Below, in pieces: positions 50,429-63,626 of a stretch of DNA of 64,000 nt. The notes below the pieces were generated by a model. It searched no databases and was not told the DNA's origin. It saw only the letters and a program-made list of their open reading frames with translations. The DNA lies in the NCBI GenBank assembly GCA_964016885.1, contig OZ024740.1, positions 235,972,001 through 236,036,000 on the forward strand, given 5' to 3'. Numbering within the stretch: the stretch's first letter is position 1; every line of letters begins with the position of its first letter. Both the position numbers and the translations under genes were made by a program. The DNA is from Eledone cirrhosa. Its lineage: Eukaryota.

Positions 50429-53162
50429 TGTGAAATGGAACTGAATTTGGAACCACATGATTGTGAAGGGAACTTCTTAAGCACACAGCCATACATGCTC
50501 CCACCACTTGCCCTCTCTAGTTTTATCCCTGACATAATCAACTACAAAAGATATTTTGACTGAACATTAACATCATTGCTGCTTTCAATATTTGTATCGT
50601 TTTTTGTCCAACAGTTGTTTCTCCTTCTTTGTATAGCTCAGTTATCTCTCACAACTTTCTTTTTATTTGTGCCACCTTCTTTCATATTCCTGTTAACAAA
50701 CCTGCTTCCTGATCAATTAGGTGTGAGAACTTCAATTAAACTCATGGCAGCTTACATCGATGTAATTTGTTGAGATCATTACATTAACTCTGTTTTACTG
50801 GAGAGTGAAATGACCAAGTGTTAAAGAAACCATTTTTATAAATTAGTCATTGATTTTTCTTTACTTCACACTCAAATACAAATGGAGAAGGAAGAAAGAT
50901 ATTCTGAACGAAAATAATTAGTTCCATAGCTAATATGAATACAATAAAACCAAGAATTGTAGATGTGATAGAGTTCTGTTTTATTTCCCTGTCAATTTGC
51001 TTATTGCTGGTGTTAGGAAAGTGTCTTATATGTCTTGTCTAGTTCACAATAATATTGTAGTTATTTATTTGCAGGCTAACCCTTCTGGATACGACCTTTG
51101 ATCAAAGACATTCTAACCATGAACATCTCATTCTGTTTTCTTGGAGGTTTTGTAGAACTCTTCAATTGTGTCAGACATTACAACTCTTTAGCATTTACAA
51201 TATGAAGGTGCATGGCTTAGTGGTTAGAGCATTGGGCTTGCAATCGAAAGTTTGTGAGTTCAATTCTCAGACCGGGTGATGTGTTGTTTCCTTGAGCAAG
51301 ACACTTTATTTCACATTGCTCCAGTTTACTCAGCTGTAGAAATGAGATGATAGGACTGGGGTCTCTATCATTCCACTGCAAAGTGGTCGTGGAGGTGCCA
51401 CGGCAAAAAAGCACCCAGCACTCACTGTAAATGAGGTTGGTGTTAGGAAGGGCATCCAGCTGTAGAAATCTAGCCAGAATCAGTTCCCGTATGAGCAAGA
51501 GAAGGTTAGCCGACTGGACACTGCCCACAACAGGACAACCCGTCTAACCCATGCTAGCGTGGAAGAACGGGCGTAAAACGGTGATGATGATGATGATGAT
51601 GAATACTCTATATATACTATTGTATTTTTATGGTAAAATACTTTACCTCACATAATTATCTCACATAATATCAAATCTATGCGATTCTGATGTTATTTAT
51701 TTTGAGAACAATACTTTAACATCAGTATGAGTGACCAGTTACGGCTGGTTTGATCAGAAAGAGGTGAGAGAATTCTGGCTGGATATGGCCGGTTTAAATG
51801 CCAAAGGGTTAAGCAAACCCTTGAAAAAAAGTATTCTATCTATCACCTATAATCAAAAGCATTTTAGCTGAATCAATAGTCCTATGGTATGCAAACAATC
51901 AGCTGAGTAATGAGGCATCATTTACAGATCCACCTGCCCATTTATATGATGTCTATACCTGGTTGAGGACTACACTGCACATTCTAACATGCAGTGAGGA
52001 ATTGTATGCAATGCAGTGTGATAGTCTAGACATGTTGGACTCTCACCACTGTCCACTCTATTCTTTTACATCTGTAGATTCTGGTGTTCATTACAGAAGA
52101 GGTAGGTAAGGTGGAATCAGTCTAAGTGCATGAGTTGCTATTCCTCTGCAGATATTGTTGGTGGTGTACATCCCAGCACAATGATTGGCAGCTGGTGAGG
52201 CCATTTATTCCATAGTTGTTTGGGGTTGTATGTGTTTTTTAAGCTTATCTGGGCTTAATGAGAGAGATATTGCTTTTATAGGATGCTGTAGTAGTGTTTA
52301 GATATAGTTTTTCAGGTAGTAACAAGGACTATGACAGTTGAAGTTTGCTCTGGAAACAAAGTGTGTCTTTCACATGTCAAGGAAGTATTCAAATTTTTGT
52401 ATTTTTGTTTCATTGTGTGGGCCTGTTATGGTGTTTAGTCAGTAGCATGTAGATGTTTGGTGATTCCTGCGACCAAATTCTTGATTGTATTCCTCTAAAA
52501 CTCATGTGAGTAAGGTTGAAAACCCCCATCACCTACCCCGATATGGGCATCTGGGCCATCACACCCTCTTCCCTCCTCTCAGTACATTACTGTGTACAAT
52601 GCATTTCTCTGTGTCTTTGCAGTTTCTTTTTGTGGATAGGAACCTGTGTAAGACTAGCAAAGTCCACAGATATTTTGCTTATATGCTATTATTGCTGTTT
52701 GTTTCTGTTGTTGGCCAAATAGGGTAGCTGTGATTATTCTAAGTCTGTTTGTACATCATTGTGTTTTCTTGAATATATCTTCTTTGTATGTTGTGAATGT
52801 TATAAAGGTGCTGTATGTAACTACTTGAATTTTTTACTCTTGTGGAGGCACATGGCTTAGTGGTTAGAGCATTGGCCTTGCAATCGAAAGGTTGTGAATT
52901 CAATTCTCAGACCGGGTGATGTGTTGTTTTCTTGAGCAAGACACTTTATTTCACATTGCTCCAGTTTACTCAGCTGTAGAAATGAGATGATAGGGACTGG
53001 GGTCCATATTCCACTGTAAAGTGATCATGGAGGTGCCACGGAAAAAAAGCACCCAGCACTCACTGTAAATGAGGCTGGTGTTAGGAAGGGCATCCAGCTG
53101 TAGAAATCAAGCCAGAATCAGTTTCCGTCCTACCCTTGCAAGCAGGGAAAAGCGGATGTAAA

Positions 53163-53195
<33 letters not shown>

Positions 53196-54149
53196 TATGT
53201 AGTATGTTTATGTTGTGAGTTATATTTGATTTTCTTAGCTGCTGTTAAAAAAATAGATGGTGGATTTGATAGTTTTTACCTTAAGTCTGTTGTGGAGCCA
53301 AGCTTCTAGGTGATTTAACTATGAGAGCTAATATAAGGAAGCTGCTCTATGTGGTTGCTCAAGCTGCAGGAATTTGCAGCCAAATTTCCTTCAGATACAA
53401 ACCCTGCAATCTTAGAAAATGGTTAAATATCTTTTGTTGTTTGTACCGTACATATCTTATATGTATTGTTTAACTCCAGGTTAACCCTAATCAATTAGAC
53501 TTATGATCAAAGGCATTTTAACCATAACCATCTGTCTTCTATTTTTCATACTTAGTGTATCAAGAACTATGTTATCCAATGTTTGTTTTCACCTATAAAA
53601 CAGGTCACATGACAACATGGAAGCTCTTTAATTTGGTGAATGATGCTGTAGTGAAGTACAATGCTATATCATTAAACTGATAAAAAAAAATGATCTGTTA
53701 TTGTAGTTCCTTTGAACCATCAACATAAAAATGTGTAACATGATGTTGCACTTTACAGTTAGCTATAGACCTTAGAAGTTAGATTTCATATCTGAATATA
53801 TCATATGAAATACAATGGATGGTAGATGGCAAGACAGCAGATAGCTGCAGTAGAGGTCGCTGTTGCTATTATACTTTAGCATTAGGTTACTTCTGATCAA
53901 GAACAACTATGATCAAAGGCACTTCAGCTGTGACCATCCAAACTTTTTAACATAGTAATCTAGTGCGTTCTTTCTTTAGTTAAGATGATAGTGTGATTTG
54001 AAGATGTGGTTACTATTTTTGTCGGCTAAGTGGCTTGGTAGGATAGATGAGGTTAAAAGTATTACAACTGAAAGAGTCTGAAATGTGAATGGTATGGCTT
54101 ATGGGTCTAGTGAGGTTGTTGGTGTAGACGATATTTCTTTCTAATTTTC

Positions 54150-55210
54150 AGTCAAGACCCATGTCTCACTGCTATGTAGCATTTTCAATCTGCACATACG
54201 CATCATACAGTCTACCATTTCTTCTGGGAAAGAAGTCCTAATACACTTTCAAAACATTCTTCCCTGCTGTTAATTAGATCACCTTGGTAAAAAAGTTGTC
54301 ATCACCTAGGAAGCCTTCTGGGCAACCGACGGAATCTATTTCACATGCTTTCTTAGGGCTTACTTTTCCTGTGCATGTGCCACATACAAAGATTACTTTC
54401 TCCGTTAACCGATCTGTAATCCCACTACATCTCTTGTGTGTTCATAGATTATACTGTATTCACCTTATGAAATTTCTGCTCACTGATTTTTTACATATCA
54501 AACAAGGCAATTTTTGACAGTATCAGAATCTTGTCATCTTTTCTACATATTAAGAATTTTGTCTTTGCTAAGTTTACTTTTAGGCCTTTCAATTCTAGAT
54601 TTTGCCTCTTGCTCTTCCATAGATTCAGTTATAAGAATCAGATCATCAGCATACAGGAGTTTCCATGGACAGCTAGTCTTAAATGCCTCTGTTATAGCCT
54701 GAAGTACAATAATAAACAGAAAGGAACTGAGGAATGATTCCACGAGGACTCCCACATCCACTTCAAATCCATCACTGAACTCATTGTCAACTTTCATCTT
54801 GCTGGTTGTATCTCTATACATTGCTTGTATGGTCCTTGGGATCCATTCTTCTACATCTAGCTCCCTTAGTGCTCATCACTTTACAGAGTGGAGGACCCTG
54901 TCAAAGGCCTTCTCCACATCCACAAATACCAGGTACAGGGGCTTACTCTTAGCTAAATATTTCTAGAGTTGTCTCACAAAAAAGAGAGCATTGGTAGTAC
55001 ACCTATTTGGCATAAAGACAAACTGTATCTCATCTACGTTGATTCTATCCCTAATTAATTGTGCTGTAACCCTATCAGTAACTTTCATGATCTGGTCAAT
55101 CAATTTGATCTCTTTGAAGTTAACTCTCACTAGGGTATTACCCCTGCCCTTGTAAAAGTTTACAATGATACTGCCATGCTAGTCATTCAGTATGACACCA
55201 TTCTGTACTA
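54150..55210 (-). mobile_element. Old degraded RTE RT fragment
   Basis: LFIIVLQAITEAFKTSCPWKLLYADDLILI in ORF 54543..54821 plus flanking homology. Confidence 0.85.
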
Positions 55211-55611
55211 TTAATGATGAATTTGACTAGATTGCAATCTACCAGATGTTCTTAGTAGTTTGGAAACTATACCAAATGGTCCAGGCTTAGTAGAGTCATC
55301 ACTGGAGATGAATGGATGTTTGAGTATGACCCAAAAATTAGAAGTGCATAGAAGTGTGTGTGGCAGAGAAGGATGGAAAAATGCATTAGACTCAAAGGGG
55401 ATTACTTTGGAGGGGAAACCATGTAGTTTGTTGTTTGGAATTGAAATAAATTGTTTGTAACACCAGTCCTGTTACTTTTCAGACATACCTTTCTCTATAT
55501 ATATGTAGAGAGAAAGAGCTATAAATCATTACAGAAACACAGTATTTGTACATATAGATAGAACATAATATTTAGGAAAAGGTACATACTTTAAGATGGA
55601 AAAGTTCGTAT

Positions 55612-55736
55612 TTCCTTACAGTACCGTTTCATAATTCGTAAACTGGAGCAAAAAAAGATCTAAACAGTCGATTATCAATTACCAACTATCGATTTTGGTA
55701 AATCTATGAAAGAAGCAAAACTAATCATCAGAGGAA
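55612..55736 (-). ncRNA. Type I hammerhead ribozyme with long stem II insert in element ~55500-56286
   Basis: Minus strand TTCCT-CTGATGA-T-TAGTTT...GAATTA-T-GAAA-CGGTACTG-TA-AGGAA. Confidence 0.7.
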
Positions 55737-56279
55737 TCGTCTTTGGATAAGTTCTAGTAAAGTACAAAATACCTTTATATCTGCCGGGAACCTATAGTCA
55801 GCCAAACTATAGACTGCATGGCATGAAGAATGTTTTAACTGTGACAGCAGATACAAATAGGACTGGACATCATGTCTGCTAGAAAAAGAAGCAAAGTACT
55901 AGTCAGTATTAGTTACAGCTTAACAACTTAAGAATTTGGAACAGTTATATACACTAATTTAAGGTATCATAACATATATAATATGTATGATGATTATATT
56001 TCTCAGTAAAAAAGTTCAATGGACATTTGCCCAAGGTAACAATAATTCAAATTAAAAGGTATATGTATATACCTTTTCATAAATATTATATGCTTTTTAT
56101 ATATATGTACAAAAATACTATATGTTTTCTCTAATGATATATGGCTCTTTTTCTCTCTCTATATATAAATAAATATTTTAATTATTGATATTGATGCTCT
56201 GGACAGACATCCATCAAGTTTTTCTACTGAGAAACATAATCATCATACATGCTATATATGTTATGATACCTTAACTTAG

Positions 56280-56311
<32 letters not shown>

Positions 56312-56312
56312 C

Positions 56313-56369
<57 letters not shown>

Positions 56370-56849
56370 AAGAAATACCAATGACAGCTGGAAGATCACT
56401 GATGATGGACGCCCTGTCCTCTCGCTCTAATTTTATTCATATGTATCCCATTTGCAACAACGCAGCACGCCATTTTTCATTTATATTTTTCCCTCCGCTG
56501 TGACCAGTCTGTTTCTTTCTTACTGCTATCCCCTTCTCTCCCCCTGTATCTCTCACCTTCATTTCACCCCTTCTGCCAGTCACTCTCTCTCAGCTGGCTT
56601 CTTCCTCACACTTTCATTCACTCACTCTCTGCTACTCCCCCTCTCTCAATTCCTCCCGTCAGACCTGTGCGAAATCCTTTTCTCGCTTACATCTCACATG
56701 GCTCGGACGCGTCTGTGTCTCTCCTCGCCCATGATTCATCGAACTTAAGTTCATAGATATCACGGACTTGTTTCCGCTCTTCCTCTCTTTCTGTCACAAT
56801 ACCATCTCTGTTTGTTTACATGTCTCGCTCGCTTCACCCTATTCTACGT

Positions 56850-56951
56850 GTCCCAATAACTTATTTTAGTTATTGCTCGCACCAGCCAGAGGTATATGAT
56901 CTTTAATGCGAAGAAATACCAACAACGGCTGGAAGATCACTGATGACAGAC
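56850..56951 (+). ncRNA. Candidate non-circularly permuted hammerhead ribozyme in element 56367-56970
   Basis: GTCC...TCGCA-CCAGCC-aga-GGTAT-A-TGATCTT-taa-TGCGA-A-GAAA-TACC-aacaac-GGCTGG-AAGATCA-CTGATGA; homolog of 22942-23043 with compensatory changes. Confidence 0.65.
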
Positions 56952-57194
56952 GCCTTATCTTCGGCTCTAATGCATCGTCATCATTTTTAGTTCATATAAA
57001 AATGTTGATGAGGATGATGGGGATGTATATAATACTTCCATCACTGCATTTATCACTATTAACACTAATCAGCACTCACACACACACATACACAGACACA
57101 TACACACATACACACATACACACATACACACACACATACACACACACACACACACACAGACACACACACACATACATACACATATATATTTATA

Positions 57195-58705
57195 TGTACA
57201 GTAAGGTTAGAATTAACAATGAATATTGTGAAGAATTTAGTGTAAAAGTTGGTGTTCATCAAGGCTCTGTCCTTAGCCCCCTCCTATTTATTATTGCCCT
57301 TCAGGCTATAACAGAGGAGTTCAAGACCGGCTGCCCATGGGAACTCCTATACACAGATGATCTAACGCTCATAGCTGAATCAATGGCTGAACTAGAGAAG
57401 AAATTCCAAACATTGAAGCATGGCCTAGAATCAAAAGGCCTTAAAGTTAACTTGTCTAAGACTAAAGTTCTAGTTTGTAGAAAGGAAAATAGGGCACAGG
57501 AGCCCTCAGGGAAATGGCCATGCTCAGTGTGTAGGAGAGGAGTAGGCAGAAATTCCATTTTATGTCCCAAATGCAAAGTATGGGTACATAAAAGATGTAG
57601 TAGGATCACAGGTAAGCTATCTAAGAATGTAGATTTTATATGTGCCCGATGCTCAGGTGCAATAAGTAGCAAGTGTCCACAGGATACTAGCTCCTTCTAT
57701 TGCCCAGATGGTTCTATAGAAATAGTGGACATTTTCCGTTACCTGGGTGACGAAATCAGAAGTGGTGGAGGGTGTTCTGAAAGTACAGTAGCCAGAGTCA
57801 GAACGGGATGGAAAAAGTTCAGAGAGCTTATACCGCTGTTGGCCACAAAAGGTTTCTCTCTAAAAATGAAAGGCAGATTGTATGATGCCTGTATATGAAC
57901 AGCAATGCTACATGGCAGTGAGACATGGGCATTATGTGCAGAGGACCTGCGCAGACTGGAAAGGAACGAAGCATGCATGCTCCATTGGATGTGTAATAGT
58001 AATATACGTGAACGGCAAAGCATAAATGAACTAAGTGAGAAATTAGGAATAAGAGGGATCAGATGTTGTTTACTTGAGAGAAGAATAAGTTGGTATGGTC
58101 ACGTGATGCGCACGAAAGACGACAGCCATATAAAAAAGTGCAGGGCGATCAAAATTGATGGTAGTTATGGAGTAGGTAGACCCAGAAAAACCTGGGACGA
58201 TCTGATAAATTCCGACCTTGCACACTTGCACCTCTCTAAGACAATGCCACTGGATGAGATCTTTGGCGCTACGCAGTAATACAGAAGACCTGCCTTGCCT
58301 ACAGTCAGTAGGCACCTCTTAACCAAATATACACCCCAATCCACTACCCCTACCCTATCCTCCCACTCCCACCAACACCACCCTCTCTCTGTAAAGTTGG
58401 TACCACAACATCCAGTTCAAATAAATGAGATAATGAGATCGAGATCGTGTAGGTGTCATGACAAAAAACACACAGTCCACGCTGTAATGTGGCCGTGAAG
58501 GTAACACGATAAAAAGTTCCCAGTTCCACATTGTAAATGTGGTTGGTGTTAGGAAGGGCATCCAGCAGTAGAAAACCTGCCAAATAGTCCTATATGAGCG
58601 AGACACGGTCACCCGACCAACCTTGCCTCAAGTGGGTCAACTCCCGTCTAACCCATGCTAGCGTGGAAGATGGATGTTAAACGAAGATGATGATGATGAT
58701 GATGA
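57195..58705 (+). mobile_element. 5'-truncated RTE (family B)
   Basis: KVRINNEYCEEFSVKVGVHQGSVLSP...YTDD...PHD-like finger...; same 3' UTR; (GAT)n tail. Confidence 0.9.
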
Positions 58706-59005
58706 TATATATATATGTGTGTGTGTGTGTCTGTGTGTGTACTGATTGGTTTAATATTGGTAACAGCAGTGATGGAAGTGTTAGTGAAAGTAACTGAGAG
58801 AACACAGTACATTTATCCTGGCTGCAGTAATTACAAATTAATCCACCAAAGCCAGAGTAATCCGTTCTGGAATGATCTACACTAATCCAGAATATAATCA
58901 ACAATTCTCATAAGTATTCCCTTCCTATACAATAGCTTTAACAGAATTTTTAGTGCCTCTTGTCCATCTAAAATACTGTCACATTTTACTGATCACTTAT
59001 TACGT

Positions 59006-59470
59006 TTGATTTATTTAAATACCAATTTGATTTATCAAACTACTAATTTGATTTATCAAACTACCAATTTAATTTATCAAACTTCAAATTTGATTTATCA
59101 AAATACCAATTTGATTTATCAAACTAACAATTTGATTTATCAAATTTCCAATTTGATTTATCAAACTACCAATTTAATTTATAAAACTACTAATTTCATT
59201 TATCAAACAACCAATTTTATTTATGAAACTTCCAATTTGATTTATCAAAGCAACAATTTGATTTATCAAACTACCAATTTGATTTATCAAAGCAACAACT
59301 TGATTTTTCAAAACAACAATTTGATTTTATTGAATTACATATTTGATTTTATCAAAGTACTAATCTGATTTGATCAAACTACCAATTTGATTATAAAATC
59401 ACACATTTGATATATCAAAATATCAATTTGAATTATTAAACAACCAATTTGATTTATCAAACCTCCAATT
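59006..59470. repeat. 21-bp AT-rich minisatellite (~22 copies)
   Basis: Unit AATTTGATTTATCAAACTACC; translates as TNLIYQT repeats. Confidence 0.9.
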
Positions 59471-59856
59471 AAAATTGGTGTTTAAAGAGAAAAAAAAAAC
59501 ATTTTAGAAAGAAATTCAATCAATTGATAGAAAACTGTAATATTTCAAATGATTTAAAAATTTCTGCCATCGTGTGTCCATCAAGCGTGACTAATATGCT
59601 ACTTTACTCAAATTTCCAATTCAATAATTCTGTTAGAGGAATTGGAAAAATCAGACTTTTAGATTTTTTAGAAATTTCCCCCATAGAAGATGGAACCAGA
59701 TAATTAACAATGAATTTGGTTCAGTTTTGTTCTGGAGAGGTTATTGTTAAATATGCCAGCTTTTCTTCAGTAAAAGCAAAATGTCAGGTTATGCTCAATT
59801 TCCTGATTATGAATGTTTTTTTTCTGGGGAGAGTGGGATAGCTGTTGTTTGTTGTT

Positions 59857-59895
<39 letters not shown>

Positions 59896-61034
59896 CTATT
59901 TATTTATCATGGGAGAAATGAATGGTTCCAGAATTATTAATGTATTACTTTTGTATTAACATTGTTTTATATTATTCTTGTCTTGTAATGTATATTGTAT
60001 ACTGTATTGTATATTGTAATGTATTGTTTTGGTGTTCTACAGCGACAAGTGGAAGTGGAGGGGGTGGGGTGGGGCAGCATGAGGAAGGAGTGTGTTATAA
60101 TTCCAATGGATCGGAAATCCATTCTATTCATTTTCATCTCCTTCACTGTGTAACCATGGGGAAATGGTGGGACTCAGTTTCATGGATTCATGTTGTTATT
60201 GTTATTTGGGAGGTTGTATGGTTATCTCACTTTGTACTGGGTATCATATATTCCTTCAACCATGTTTATGTCTTCTGATAACAATATACACATTCATGCA
60301 TACAGATACCCATACTCACATACATACAAACACATACATGCATATACATCATACATATCTATGTACATATATAGAGTTACACACACACACCTACATATGA
60401 TAAAGTATTCATATAAGATAAACAATACAAAATAGAAAGGGTTTTATATATTTATTTGTTACACACACACACAAACACACTCCTCCCCCACACACAGTCA
60501 CATACATACATACACACATATAAACACACTCACACAGACACAAAAATACTCACTTTATAGCATAAAAATAAAGACTATATACATGTAATCATCATTTTTA
60601 CATCCGCTTTTCCCTGCTTGCAAGGGTGGGACGAGAACTGATTCTGGCTTGATTTCTACAGCTGGATGCCCTTCCTAACACCAACCTCATTTACAGTGAG
60701 TGCTGGGTGCTTTTTTTTTCCGTGGCGCCTACACGTCCACTTTACAGTGTGGGCTGGGTGCTTTTTTGCCGTGGCACCTCGACAACCACTTTGCAGTGGA
60801 ATGATAGGGACTCATTTCTACAGCTGCGTAAACTGGAGCAATGTGAAATAAAGTGTCTTGTTCAAGGAAACAACACATCACCCGGTCTGAGAATTGAACT
60901 CACAACCTTTCGATTGCAAGGCCAATGCTCTAACCACTAAGCCATGTGCCTCCATTATAGTGACATAATGGTGTGTATATGTTGGAGGAAGAAAGATAAA
61001 AATACATACACACATACACACACATATTTTTAAA

Positions 61035-61335
61035 GAATGATGGAGCATAGATAAGTTGAGATAAAAACAAAGTATAAGAGGAATCAGATATAGTGTAGAA
61101 CGGAGATAGAAGGCTTTGCTGGTATGGACATGTGATGTGTACAGAGGATATCAGTTGTATAAATAAGTGCCGAAAGCTTGAAGCTGACAGAGGCAGTGGA
61201 AAAAGACCTAAAACGACATGGGATGATATGGTGAAGTCTACTGAGCTCAAGAAGCTGAACCTTATGATAAAGATGACAATGGACTGTGATGATTGGTGGC
61301 ATATGATGCTGAAAAAGACTCACCATTACAAGTAA
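61035..61335 (+). mobile_element. RTE 3' fragment, old
   Basis: W.GHVM...CRKLEADRGSGKRPKTTWDDMV...DDWWHMM. Confidence 0.7.
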
Positions 61336-63296
61336 AGTGTTCAATTTGCTTCTGTTAAGTCCTCTTCTCCTTCTACTGCTTCATCCTCTCATCTAATTTC
61401 CTCTTTCATCCTCTGTGCACCATGTAGTAAGGTGTGGCACCTGATCAGACTATAATCTAATTTTCCACGGTCATTCTTGTTATTATTCTTACTGTTATTA
61501 TTTTTGCTGTGAGCAAGACACGGTCATCTAATCTAACTTGTCTCACAATGGGACAACCTGTTTAACCCCTGCTAGCATGGAAAATGGACGAAAACGATGA
61601 TGATGATGATGATAATGAAGTACCTTTCCCACAACCATCCTTATACAAGGACCTTGGAATAAGCACAATGGAAGTATAACATTCTGAGTTTGTTAAAGAA
61701 CTGAACAAAACCATTAAAAAAAACACATAGCAAGATTAACAAATCTTTACACAGTAAAAAAAGTCTTGCTAGGCACAGTTGACATTCTAGATACTCATAC
61801 GTTATGCAGAATTATATTTCTCAATACATTTGTACAATTGACACAGTGCACTTTCTATACAATTATCTCCTAACATCATCATCATCATCATCATCATCAT
61901 TTTATGTCCGCTTTTCCCTTAACACAATTAATATTCTAAACAATCACCACTCAACAGTATAGTACAACTTACGCAGTACACAGGCAACATCAATTACCAT
62001 TCAATAAAATAAAACAATTTGCACATCACAGACAAACAAAACACTAAAATAACAGCAGAAACATCAAAGCAACTTCAACAACACACCAATAGGTTCATCT
62101 TGAGAACATTTATATGCTGGTCATTTGGTTCTTATTATTGAATTTCTCAAAGAGTTGCAGAAAAGTCTAATTGCTTCTGGAAGTCATTGTAGAACTGTGA
62201 AATCAATGAATATGGGTAGATATTTATCATTTGGAACGGTTAGTGTCTTGACATGAATCCTCCACCTTTCTGCCAGAATTTGACATCTTACCCACACAGC
62301 CAGCATGTGAATAGCTATACAAATTACATTATTGAAATTCTCTTGAAATTTAAATGGATGTCTCTTATTACTCTCTCTTGGTGTTTGTTCAAGAAATATT
62401 TACACACAATGATTGTATTTCAATCAGTTTGATTAGAATTCCATAGGAAATTTTTGCCAGAGAGAAAATCATATTTGTTTTCAGATGAGTGAGGAGTGGA
62501 AGAGAAGGGAGAAACAATCTAAGCTAAATATTGCATTGATGCTGACAAATATATTCTGTAGCTGCAACATCAGGTGTAAATAATCCCTGTGCTAACTAAA
62601 TCTAGGACTAAAATTTGATTCACTTTCTGATGCACTTATTCTGCTAAAGCTTTTGCTGTTGCTGTTTAGCCTTGAGTTAGCTCTGATCCAGCAGACCTAT
62701 AACGAAAGATGTTCCATCTATCACCAACCTGTCTTTTAGCCAGACAGCACTGTCCAATATACAGTATGAGGGTGAGCTGAAAAATACATAGGCTGACTAT
62801 GAAGGAGTGATGCTAGAGCTGTGAAATCTTGCATGGAGTAATTTTAACTGATTATATTAATAATCTCATTTGGTCAATCCATGGAAGTATGTTGGTCAGT
62901 CTATGATCTTTTAAGCTGACCCTCATATATTAGTTGGTATTAGTGGCAATAGTTGTTGTTTAGCCCCAGATCAGCTCTGATCCAACAAATTTATGATCAA
63001 AGGTCTTTCAGCTATATGACTACATTGCACAGTATGTCTTTCTTTGTTCTTGTTTAACCCCAAATCATCCCTAAGTCAGCAGATCTATGATTAAAAATCC
63101 TCCAAACATGACTATCCAACTTTTTTCAGACAAAGTGTATCTAGAATAACATTATGTATTGCTTTCTTCTTTTTTTTTATGATGTGAGTTCAAGATTTGA
63201 TTGTTATTTCTTTCAGGTCAAGTGTTCATGCAGAGATTCCTTTGTTGGTTTGCAGGAGAAAAGGTTAGTGTATCAGGTGGGCTTGGGTAAAGATAA

Positions 63297-63626
63297 TACA
63301 GTGGAACCTCAGTTCACGAACTTAATTCATTCCTGAAGGCCATTCGTCATCCAAAATGTTCGTAAACCGAAATTATTTTCCCCATATGAAATGTTGAGAG
63401 AAATATAGTGAGAGAAAGACTGTGTGTGAAAGACAGATAGATTCCACCTTAGTAATTAACTACACAGCAAGTGACACTTTCCTACCCAAACCCCTAGCTT
63501 GTCACCAACTGTTGTTACCAGCTTGTGTGTTCGTTACTTGAGACACGGTTCGTCAACTGAGATATTTTATGTTCGGAAAAATTGTTCTTGAACCGATTTG
63601 TTTATGATGAGAAGCATTCCACTGTA
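63297..63626. mobile_element. Tigger/pogo-like MITE
   Basis: TA-CAGTGGAACCTC...GCATTCCACTG-TA with internal TTTTCCCCAT motif. Confidence 0.7.

Noticed and set aside
59006-59368. TNLIYQT repeat protein
   Set aside because: Non-ATG start and a 21-bp minisatellite artefact.
62470-62580. Possible exon after TTTTCAG (MSEEWKRREK...)
   Set aside because: No recognisable homology or partner exons; the region looks like decayed LINE sequence.
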